A stretch of DNA of 37,316 nucleotides, taken from NCBI GenBank assembly GCA_030754595.1, contig JASLZZ010000131.1, positions 1 through 37,316 of the forward strand, in the 5' to 3' direction. The notes below the pieces were generated by a model that was given only the letters and a program-made list of their open reading frames with translations, made no database searches and had not been told where the DNA came from. The translations under genes and the position numbers were made by a program. The stretch comes from Nitrospinota bacterium. Lineage in GTDB: Bacteria; UBA8248. Positions 28,222 through 36,497 of this stretch are shown here, in pieces (position 1 is the stretch's first letter; each line of letters begins with the position of its first letter).

Positions 28222-28758
28222 ATGGAATTTAAGCTTAAATTTCGTCCCAAAGAGATTCGCTCTTTGGCCGGGCGCGATTTGAGTTCGCTGAACGAGAATG
28301 AAAAAAAACGCGAGCGCGAAATTGAGGAAGTGATTGGGCCGACAGTCCAGGAGCGCGGGTACTACACCAAAGATCAATTATTAATACTTGCGCATTGGAA
28401 AAGTCACTGGATCGTCCATCATTGCAAAAAAAATTCCGAAAATTATGTTCGGGAAGTCACCCGAATCGCACTTTCGGCCAGCCAGGAAAGAATCCGGGTT
28501 GAATCTTTATATCTTCTCGATGGTGTCGGATTGCCGATGGCGTCGGTTCTCCTGCACTTTGGTTTCAAAAACCTCTATCCGATACTGGATTTCCGCGCGC
28601 TATGGTCTCTCGGGATCGAAGATCCAAAGCACAACTTCAATTTGTGGTGGGCCTATACGGAGTTTTGCCGGAAACTTTCCGCGAAACACGAGGTCTCAAT
28701 GCGAACCCTCGACCGCGCCTTGTGGCGGTATTCTTGGGAAAACCAAAAACCGGATTAG
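28222..28758 (+). CDS. Hypothetical protein with a helix-hairpin-helix (HhH-GPD-like) signature, lower GC
   Basis: LDGVGLPMASVLL...PILDFRA...RTLDRALW pattern. Confidence 0.6.
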   Translation: MEFKLKFRPKEIRSLAGRDLSSLNENEKKREREIEEVIGPTVQERGYYTKDQLLILAHWKSHWIVHHCKKNSENYVREVTRIALSASQERIRVESLYLLDGVGLPMASVLLHFGFKNLYPILDFRALWSLGIEDPKHNFNLWWAYTEFCRKLSAKHEVSMRTLDRALWRYSWENQKPD

Positions 28759-28764
28759 CTGGAC

Positions 28765-29841
28765 TTACTTGATATATTGATCGTAGACGAGTTCGATGCC
28801 GACCTTGATTCCCGCGGCCAGCGGAACCGCCAGCAGGATACCCACGAAGCCCATCAGCTCTCCTCCGATCAATATCGAGGAAATGACCACGACCGGATGA
28901 AGGCCGACGCGGCCGCCGATGACGCGCGGGACGAGGAACATCCCCGCCGCCGGGGAGATGATCCCGAATACGGCGAGAACTAACAGCGGATGCGTCCAGT
29001 CCTGATACTGGATGGCGGTGAAGGCGAGGGTGACCGGCAGGCCGACGATCCACTCGACGTAGGGGAAGATGCTCGACATCCCGGTGAGGATTCCCAGAAT
29101 CAGCCAGAACGGCGCGCCCACGAGGAAAAGCCCCAGAGTGTAGAGGATGGAGAGAGAGATTCCGACGATGAGCTGGCCCCCGATGAAGGAGCCGATCATT
29201 TCGTCGAGCCGGTCGAGGCGGAGGCGGACCTCGGCGCGGTAGTGAGAAGGGATGTATTTGTAGAAAGCTTTTCCGAAGCGGCCGAAATCGCGGAGGATGT
29301 AGAAGGTGAGAATCGGAATCAGGGCCAGGAACGCGAGGCCGACGATGAGGGAGAAAATTCCCTTGGTGGTTCTGAGGAGAAAGCTCCCGCCCGTGCGCAA
29401 GGCCTCGATGGGAAGCTGGCCTAGGGCCGAGAGATTCTCGGAGAGGAATTTCCTGGCCTCCTCGGGCTGGGCCACCTGGAGCTTGATTAGGGCGGTCTCG
29501 AACCATCCTTCCAGCACACGGATATAATCGGGCAGCCGCTTCGAGAAAGTGACGACCTGTTCCTTGACCACCGGGGCGATGCCCACCCAGAGGATGAGCA
29601 GCGTCACCCCCAGGGCGAGCAGGAGGATCAGGATCGCCGCCGTCCGAGGGATTTTTCTCCGCTCGAGCGACTGGACCACCGGGTTCAGGAGGTAGGCGAG
29701 GATGAAGGAGACGACGATGGGAAAGAGCGCCGCCCGCGCGCTGATCACCACCCAGATGATGGCGAACAGGATCAGGATGAGCCAGATTCGCTTCCAGGTA
29801 AGAAGATGTTGCGATTCATAATCGTTCATATTCGGTGACAT
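28765..29841 (-). CDS. AI-2E family transporter
   Basis: LAYLLNPVV, FIGGQL, FPYV, PRVIGGRVGLHPV, GILLAVPLAA. Confidence 0.9.
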   Translation of the reverse strand: MSPNMNDYESQHLLTWKRIWLILILFAIIWVVISARAALFPIVVSFILAYLLNPVVQSLERRKIPRTAAILILLLALGVTLLILWVGIAPVVKEQVVTFSKRLPDYIRVLEGWFETALIKLQVAQPEEARKFLSENLSALGQLPIEALRTGGSFLLRTTKGIFSLIVGLAFLALIPILTFYILRDFGRFGKAFYKYIPSHYRAEVRLRLDRLDEMIGSFIGGQLIVGISLSILYTLGLFLVGAPFWLILGILTGMSSIFPYVEWIVGLPVTLAFTAIQYQDWTHPLLVLAVFGIISPAAGMFLVPRVIGGRVGLHPVVVISSILIGGELMGFVGILLAVPLAAGIKVGIELVYDQYIK

Positions 29842-29884
29842 CCTTTCCCGGCCGCGAGGCGCCGGAGGCCGCGATTCATACGTA

Positions 29885-30472
29885 TCATTCCGGGCTCTCC
29901 CGCCGCGAAGCCATCCTCCCGCCCACGAAGATGAAGTAATGAATCCCCGAAGCGGCGGTCAGCGTCCCCGTCAAAAAATAAAGAAAGGTCAGCGCCCAGT
30001 GGATTGGTGCCCAAAAAACCTCGCCGCCCGCCGCCCACACGAGCAGGGCGAAGACCATCGACAAAACCTGGGTCACCGTCGTGGTTCTGCCCAGGGGGGT
30101 GGGTGCGGGGGTGACGAAGCCCTTCGCGAGGTAGAGCCACAAAAATCCCGCGCTGATCACGATGTCCCGGCCGATGACCGTGATCGCCAGCCAGACGGGA
30201 ATCAGCCCGTAGGCCGCCATGATCACGTAGGCCGAAAACATCAGCAGCTTGTCGGCCATCGGGTCCAGCATCGCTCCCAGCGCGGTGTGCTCCCCCTGGC
30301 TGCGGGCGAGATAGCCGTCCAACGTATCCGCCACGCTGGCCAGGAGGAAAATAACCAACCCCGGGCCGGGGCGCCTGTAAATCAGGCAAGCCACGAACAC
30401 CGGCACAAGGAGGAGCCGCGAAATGGTGATCTTGTTGGCGAGGGTGAGGCCCCGCGATGCATCTTCGGTCAT
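29885..30472 (-). CDS. CDP-alcohol phosphatidyltransferase (PgsA-like)
   Basis: ANKITISR and DTLDGYLAR-x5-T-x-LGAMLDPMADKLL signature. Confidence 0.9.
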   Translation of the reverse strand: MTEDASRGLTLANKITISRLLLVPVFVACLIYRRPGPGLVIFLLASVADTLDGYLARSQGEHTALGAMLDPMADKLLMFSAYVIMAAYGLIPVWLAITVIGRDIVISAGFLWLYLAKGFVTPAPTPLGRTTTVTQVLSMVFALLVWAAGGEVFWAPIHWALTFLYFLTGTLTAASGIHYFIFVGGRMASRRESPE

Positions 30473-30520
30473 CGAGCACAGAGTCTCCGTGCGGAGGTTG
30501 GTTCTCGCTTGGCGCCGGGA

Positions 30521-31411
30521 TCATATCACAGCTTCCCTCAGCGCCCCTCTTTTCGGACCGGAGGCTTCGGCCCCTCTTTCTTTTGCTCGTGGCCGCCCCG
30601 CGTCTCGCCGGGCGCGGGGGATGCGGACCTGTCTCGATCGGATGGCGAGCACCGCGCCGTCGTCCACGCGAATCACCCGCGCGTTGGCCAGCCCGACGAC
30701 CGCCCCACCCCGCTCGCGCTCGACGATGGCGCTCGCGGTGATCACGAACGGGCAGCCGTAGAGGCTGCCCAGCGCGCGCGCCGCGTCCACGTCCCCTCTC
30801 ACGGCGGCCAGAATCTGCCCCGGGCGGGCGGGTACGGCCTGGCCACGTGGGTTGATCGGGGTGTATCCGGCGCGCGCGAAGTCGAGCATGATTCGCCTCT
30901 CGGCGGTGCCGAGTTTATTTCCCTCGAGGCGGATCGCCTCTCTTCCGCCACGCGCTCCGGACCTGAAAATCTGCTCAACCACCAGGAAGAGAAGGCGGGT
31001 TTCCCCCTTTTTGACTCGCGCGAGCTGGAGCGAGCGAATCGCCTCGTTCACGGCGGTAAGGTCCACCACCACTTCGAGGCCGACCCGCACCAGCTTGGCG
31101 TCCTCGTCCACCTCGTGCCTGAGCATCCGGTAGCTATGAACATAGCGCCCGGCCTCCTTGAGAATGGAGCCGTCGATGCGCGAGCGGAACTGGACCATCG
31201 CCGCCTCGCCCATGGACTGGAGAACGGCCTGATAGACCGCTTTGCGGATGCCGGCGCCGACGGCCCGGCTCTGGGCGGTGGCCCGGTTCTGGCGGAGGAT
31301 GACCGAGGTGCCGTCCACCTGAAAGCGGGATTTGGTTTTTTGGGGGGCGGCGGCGTTCGGCCCCGCGATGAGCAGCGCGGCGGCGAGGGCCGCGGCCAGG
31401 CGCCGAATCAT
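30521..31411 (-). CDS. Hypothetical exported protein
   Basis: ATG 31411 overlaps the rluB stop (ATGA); signal-peptide-like MIRRLAAALAAALLIAG; family uncertain. Confidence 0.65.
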   Translation of the reverse strand: MIRRLAAALAAALLIAGPNAAAPQKTKSRFQVDGTSVILRQNRATAQSRAVGAGIRKAVYQAVLQSMGEAAMVQFRSRIDGSILKEAGRYVHSYRMLRHEVDEDAKLVRVGLEVVVDLTAVNEAIRSLQLARVKKGETRLLFLVVEQIFRSGARGGREAIRLEGNKLGTAERRIMLDFARAGYTPINPRGQAVPARPGQILAAVRGDVDAARALGSLYGCPFVITASAIVERERGGAVVGLANARVIRVDDGAVLAIRSRQVRIPRARRDAGRPRAKERGAEASGPKRGALREAVI

Positions 31412-32376
31412 CTCCGGGTTCCGGCTTTCTTTCGGGAAGAAGCTTTCGGCCGGGTTGTCTTCGGCCGGCTCTTGGGCTGAGAGCTCTTGGGCCGGGGGTT
31501 CTTGGTCCGGGAGGCGGATTTCCGTTTCGGAGCGGCGGAGGGGGTTTTTCGTCCCTTGGGCCGGGGCCCCTTGGCCGGGGCGGACTTGCCCGTTTTCGGA
31601 CGGTCCGGGCCGGTTATCGCCTTGAGGTGGGCGACCTCTTTTTCCGAGAGGGTGCGGATTTCCGACCGCGCGAGGCCTCTCATCGTAATTCCGCCGAAGG
31701 AGCGGCGAACGAGCTTGAGGACGGGGTGGCCGGCGGCCTCGCACATTACCTTGACCTGGTGGTGCTTGCCCTCGCGAAGCTCGATCCGGAGCCAGGTGTT
31801 TCGCTCCGCCTTTCGGCCCATGACGCGGACGCGGGCACCCTCCGGTGAGATGATCTCCCTCGGTGAGGTAGCCACCTCAACGGAGGTAGCTACCTTTCCG
31901 CCGGCCATGCGGTTGAGGCGGCGCAGGGCACGTTCCCCGGGCGCGCCCTTCACCTTCACCTCGTAGATGCGGGGGATCTCGTTGCTGGGGTGGGTGAGCC
32001 GGTTGGCGAGATCGCCGTCGTTCGTCAGGAGAAGCAGCCCCTCGGCGTCGAAGTCGAGCCGCCCGACGGGAAAGACACGCCGCCGTTTCGGGGGCAGAAG
32101 CTCCGCCACCGTGGGGCGATCCTTTCCCTCTTCGTCCCGCATGGTGGTGAGTACGTTGCGCGGCTTGTTCAGGGCCAGATAGACGGGCTCCTCGCGCCGG
32201 GAGAGGAGCTTTCCCCGGACCTTGATGGCGTCCCGGGCGGGGTCGGCCAGGGTCCCCATCTCTTTGACGATCTCGCCGTTGATCGACACCGCTCCGGCGC
32301 GGATGAGGCGCTCGGCTTCGCGCCGGGAGGCGACGCCTGCCTGGGAGATGATCTTTTGAATGCGAATGGCGGACAT
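31408..32376 (-). CDS. rluB: 23S rRNA pseudouridine synthase, RsuA/RluB family
   Basis: S4 domain (RIQKIISQAGVASRREAE), LNKP, PVGRLD, GLLLLTNDG, EGKHHQVK; Lys/Pro-rich tail. Confidence 0.85.
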   Translation of the reverse strand: MSAIRIQKIISQAGVASRREAERLIRAGAVSINGEIVKEMGTLADPARDAIKVRGKLLSRREEPVYLALNKPRNVLTTMRDEEGKDRPTVAELLPPKRRRVFPVGRLDFDAEGLLLLTNDGDLANRLTHPSNEIPRIYEVKVKGAPGERALRRLNRMAGGKVATSVEVATSPREIISPEGARVRVMGRKAERNTWLRIELREGKHHQVKVMCEAAGHPVLKLVRRSFGGITMRGLARSEIRTLSEKEVAHLKAITGPDRPKTGKSAPAKGPRPKGRKTPSAAPKRKSASRTKNPRPKSSQPKSRPKTTRPKASSRKKAGTRR

Positions 32377-33046
32377 CTCTGCGATCCTTAGCGGCGTACA
32401 GCGGGGCCCCGGGGTTTCAAAACGGGGGGATTATAGTCCTTTTGCCAGTTGAGGCGAAAATCCTTGGGCCGCCGGCCACCCATTGATCAACCCTAGTCTA
32501 TTCCCCCCCCCGCCGGGAGGACTCGAATGAAGAATTCGAGGCCCGGGCGGACATGTGAGCAAAATTCAGGCGGATACGGCGGGCAGTGTTGTAATATAAA
32601 TAATATAATTTGTGCCGTACGGAAGAGTGCGACTTCCTCACCGCCCGGGTGGAATTTTTTTCTGGATCTACGCCAAATATCCCTCCCCGCGTCAAGAATC
32701 CTCCTGTCCGCAGCCAAGTTCGGGGCCGGTCGTAATTATATAAATAACAAAATATATAAACTTAGATCAAGTTTGGTATGCCCGTTATCCGCTTAGAAAC
32801 AGTCAGTTATCTCCTGCCGTATTTTTTTTCCTTTTTTTGGCTCTGTCTCTCACTTACCCGAATGTGACTTGCATTAACACACGGGCATGCCGGTGGTCAC
32901 ACCGGGCAGGGTTCACTTTTTCTCGATTTTGGGAGATGTCGGCCGTGGAAAATATTTGGGCAATTATCGTTGTCACAGCGCTATTGATCATGCCGTTCCG
33001 GATTGGAGTTGATTTCGTCAAACAGAGGAACGACACCAAGCGCTAG

Positions 33047-33715
33047 GTGAATTTGCTTGCCGTAAATTCAGTGGTCCGGACCCCAAGGGCGTTTTTGGGA
33101 AACAAGGGGTTTTCCGAGAGCGCCGGCCGAGCAATTCAGCTTCCGGACGGCTGTTTTATATACGAGTGGCGAATGGCTCCTTGTTATCGAAGGGGCGCGA
33201 TCCGAAAGTCGCCGGGAGTTACAAAGCGCATGCGAGGTGTCCATCAAGGCCCACGGCAGGAGTGCAACCAGGAGCATTTGCGGAAACTCGGGCCGGTTAT
33301 CAAAAAACTTCAGAAGAACTATTCGTTTTTCGCGAAACTCGAGGAGCGGGAGGTTCACGAGCTTCTCGCCTCGTGCCGGGGGATAACCTGCGAAAAAGGG
33401 CGGGTTCTTTTCAAAGAGGGCGACATCGGCGACAGATTCTTTCTCGTCCTGTCCGGCGAGATCGTCATTTCAAAGAGCAGCCGCGAGCTCGCCCGCATGA
33501 CGCCGGGCCATATTTTCGGGGAGATGGCCCTGCTCGAGCATATTCCGAGAACCGCCACCGCCGCCGCCGTCGAGGACACCGAGCTCTTCGAGAACCCCGC
33601 CGATATCGTCAGCCTCGTCATGCCCGGCCTAGCGCTGAAAATCTCCCTCCACATCGCGCGGCAGATGTCCGAGAAGCTGCGCGAGGCCAACAACCAGGCC
33701 GAAACATCTTCCTGA
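33047..33715 (+). CDS. Cyclic-nucleotide-binding domain protein without an HTH; true start uncertain, probably downstream
   Basis: LFKEGDIGDRFFLVLSGEI, FGEMALL, PRTATA. Confidence 0.75.
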   Translation: MNLLAVNSVVRTPRAFLGNKGFSESAGRAIQLPDGCFIYEWRMAPCYRRGAIRKSPGVTKRMRGVHQGPRQECNQEHLRKLGPVIKKLQKNYSFFAKLEEREVHELLASCRGITCEKGRVLFKEGDIGDRFFLVLSGEIVISKSSRELARMTPGHIFGEMALLEHIPRTATAAAVEDTELFENPADIVSLVMPGLALKISLHIARQMSEKLREANNQAETSS

Positions 33716-33807
33716 AAACCACTCAGATCTCCTCTCCGCTCTTCGCCGGTTCATAGTACAATCGCCGGGGACGTCTTATTCATACCTCAACCAGCGGGGG
33801 TGCTTCG

Positions 33808-34497
33808 GTGAGCGGACCAGCCAGAGGAGCAGCGCCGGGAGCCGGATTGTTGCCGCGTCTCGCAGGGGCGCTTCTTTTTGGCGCGCTTTTTTTCGGCTTG
33901 GCCGGGACACCGGGCGACGCCGCGGTGCCCCCCGGCGGAGCGGCCCCCAATGGGGCGGGTCCCGAGGGCTACGGCCTCTCCCACGCGGGCAACCTCCTCG
34001 TCGCCGCCTCCGGGACGCGCGACCCCCGGTTTCAAAAAACCGTCATCCTGATGATCCGCCACGACGAGAAGGGCGCCTTCGGGCTCATCATCAACCGCGC
34101 GATCGGAAGGGTGAAGGCCGCCGCGCTTTACAAGCAGCTGAAAATCGCCCCGCCTCCGGACCCGGGCGAGGTGGCCATCCACTATGGCGGGCCCGTCTCC
34201 CCCGGAGCCGGTTTCGTCGTCCACTCGACCGAAACCGGAATCACCCCCGAATTCACGGTGGGCGATCAGATCGGCGTCAGCCCGACCGCCCGGGTGCTCC
34301 GCGCCATCTCCCGGGGCTACAGGCCGCGCCGGGCGATTTTCATGGCCGGCTATTCCGGCTGGGGGGCCGGCCAGCTCGAGGGCGAGATCGACCGGGGCTC
34401 GTGGCATACCGCGCCGGCGGACATCGACATCGTTTTCGACGAGAAGCTGGACACGAAATGGTCGCGGGCGAAATCGCGCAGGGTGCGCAGCCTCTGA
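33808..34497 (+). CDS. YqgE/AlgH family protein with an N-terminal signal/TM extension
   Basis: LLVA, DPRFQKTVI, GAFGLIINR, GGPV, GYSGWGAGQLEGEI-x-x-GSW. Confidence 0.9.
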   Translation: MSGPARGAAPGAGLLPRLAGALLFGALFFGLAGTPGDAAVPPGGAAPNGAGPEGYGLSHAGNLLVAASGTRDPRFQKTVILMIRHDEKGAFGLIINRAIGRVKAAALYKQLKIAPPPDPGEVAIHYGGPVSPGAGFVVHSTETGITPEFTVGDQIGVSPTARVLRAISRGYRPRRAIFMAGYSGWGAGQLEGEIDRGSWHTAPADIDIVFDEKLDTKWSRAKSRRVRSL

Positions 34498-34639
34498 GAC
34501 GCAGACTTTGAGCCGCTCCATCCGGCGCGGCGAAACGCCCGAGGACCTCATCGACGCCCTGATTTTCCTCTCCTCGGGCGAGAGCGATTTCATGACCGGG
34601 CGATGCTTGGTCGTAGACGGCGGGTCGATCGCCTATTGA
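34498..34639 (+). pseudogene. C-terminal remnant of a short-chain dehydrogenase (SDR)
   Basis: IRRGETPEDLIDALIFLSSGESDFMTGRCLVVDGG-stop is a typical SDR C-terminus; there is no N-terminal part or start. Confidence 0.7.
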
Positions 34640-34751
34640 GCTTCGGGGCCGCCCGCTGGGTGCACTATACCTTTTTTCCCGGCGAGGTTGTAACCTTTTC
34701 CCAAATCACAATAGCCAAAACGAATCGCTCTTAATCGGGGAGTGAGCAGCC

Positions 34752-35810
34752 ATGCAGGCGGTTGTCTTGAGAGAGTACGGCCCGCCCGCCAACCTGAGGT
34801 GGGAGACGGCACCGGCTCCCGAGCCCGGCCCGGGAGAGGCGCTGCTTCGGGTGGGGGCGGTGAGCGTGGATTTGTTTTCGATCGAGTTCCGCTCCGGCCG
34901 GGCGCTTCCGGTGGAGCTTCCCCGCATCATGGGCCACGGCCCGGCGGGAGAGGTCGCGGAGTTGGGCCCTGGGGTGGAAGGCCCCGGGGTGGAAGATCTC
35001 TTCCCCGGCCAGCGCGTCGCCGTTTGCAACAACATCAGCTGCGGCGCCTGCAAGTATTGCCGGTTGGGCCGCGAGACGCTCTGCGAGGGCCTCATGAACC
35101 ACCGGGGCGGCATGATCGGCGCTCACCGCGACGGGGGCTACGCCGAGTACGTGGCGCTTCCGGCGAGGAATCTCCTCCCCCTGCCCGACGCAATCTCATT
35201 TGAGGCCGCCTGTCTGATACCGAACACCATCGCCCCCGTCCTGAAGGCGTGCGCGGGCCGCGCCCGGATACGCGCCGGCGATAATGTGCTCATCGTCAGC
35301 GCGGGCGGGGGGATGGGTCTTCACGCGGTGCAGGCCGCCCGGTCCTGCGGCGGGCGGGTTTTGGCCGCCATTCGCTCGGGCCGGACAAGAGAAGCCGCCC
35401 TCGCGGCCGGGGCGAGCGAGGTGTTCAGCACGGCGGAGCGCGACATGGTCGAAGAGGCCCGGCGGCTCACAGGCGGCGCGGGCGTGGACGCGGTGCTGGA
35501 TTTTGCCGCCACGCGGGAGACGCTCGCGGGGAGTCTCGCCTCCCTCGCGCCCGCGGGCCGGCTCGTCATCATGGGCTACTTCCCGCGCGGGGGCGTTCTC
35601 GAGACCCCGACCTGGGTGTTTACCGAGGAGGTGGAGGTGACCGGAAACCGCTCCGCCGGGCGCCAGGACGTGGCCGAGGCTATCGCCCTTATCGAAAACG
35701 GGCGGATCGAGCCCGTCATCGGGGCGGTTTTCCCCCTCAAGGAGGCCGCGAAAGCGCACGCGGCGGTCGAGGCGCGCGAGATCGTCGGGCGCGCGGTTTT
35801 GACGGTATGA
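34752..35810 (+). CDS. Medium-chain dehydrogenase/reductase (Zn-ADH superfamily)
   Basis: Structural Zn site CGACKYC...C, DGGYAEY, AGGGMG nucleotide loop; catalytic Zn ligands altered. Confidence 0.85.
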   Translation: MQAVVLREYGPPANLRWETAPAPEPGPGEALLRVGAVSVDLFSIEFRSGRALPVELPRIMGHGPAGEVAELGPGVEGPGVEDLFPGQRVAVCNNISCGACKYCRLGRETLCEGLMNHRGGMIGAHRDGGYAEYVALPARNLLPLPDAISFEAACLIPNTIAPVLKACAGRARIRAGDNVLIVSAGGGMGLHAVQAARSCGGRVLAAIRSGRTREAALAAGASEVFSTAERDMVEEARRLTGGAGVDAVLDFAATRETLAGSLASLAPAGRLVIMGYFPRGGVLETPTWVFTEEVEVTGNRSAGRQDVAEAIALIENGRIEPVIGAVFPLKEAAKAHAAVEAREIVGRAVLTV

Positions 35811-35889
35811 TGACGGGGGCGCTCCAGTTGGCCCGGCCGGACCGGCGCGCACCTAGATGAAATTATTGACCCCTTTGGAGGAGATGATC

Positions 35890-36495
35890 ATGGCCAACCC
35901 GTCGTCCGAGTTTTCGGGCCTGAATCACGTTACCATCAAGGTCCACAGCATCAAGACCGCCGTCAATTTTTACGTCGATAAACTCGGCTTCAAGGTCACC
36001 CGGGTCGTCGAGCCGGGGATGATATCCGGGGCGACGAGAAATTTCGGGGGATGCTTTATCCGCTGACACAATCTTCACCACGATGTGGTCCTGATGTACT
36101 CGCCCAAGGGCGCCGAGGCCCAGCACGCCCCCAGCGCGCTGGTCAGCGACCACGGGATGCACCATTTCTCCCTGCGCGTGGGCTCAAAGGAAGAGTTCGA
36201 GGCCTGGGTCGCCTACTGCGAGGCGGAGGACATCGAAATTTTCTGGGCCCCCGCCGTCCACAGCACTGTCCACCCCGAGGGAGACGGTTTCTTCGGCGAG
36301 CACCGCGGCTTCTTCATCTCGGACCCCTCGGGCAATCACATCCAGATCCTCTGCGACATGGCCGAGATCGACCCCGGGACGAACGGGGTGGATGATAGCT
36401 GGTTCCGGGATCGCCTCGAGCGCGACGGCCTTGATCGGAGCGCCGCCGATCCGCCCCCGGCCTGGGAGACCGATTTCGGCTTCCTGGAGAGCTAG
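35890..36495 (+). CDS. VOC (glyoxalase/extradiol dioxygenase) fold protein with in-frame TGA at 36064-36066, candidate selenoprotein (201 aa)
   Basis: ORFs ending at 36066 and starting at 36085 are in frame: GLNHVTI...FYVDKLGF...GGCFIR-TGA-HNLHHDVVL...GMHHFSL...FISDPSGNHIQ; GGAGGAG RBS 6 nt before ATG 35890. Confidence 0.65.
36068..36097 (+). promoter_or_regulatory. Candidate SECIS element of the VOC gene
   Basis: Upper stem ACCAC-GAT-GTGGT (36077-36089, loop starts with G, 15 nt after the TGA); lower stem ACA(A)TC/GATGT with a TTC/CCT internal loop. Confidence 0.45.
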
Positions 36496-36497
36496 CC

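Noticed and set aside
29939..31480. Long alternative-frame and antisense ORFs (for example 513 aa here, 19520-20716, 8377-9537, 11611-12801, 12798-13874)
   Set aside because: Shadow ORFs typical of high-GC DNA; they overlap well-supported genes and have no recognisable motifs.
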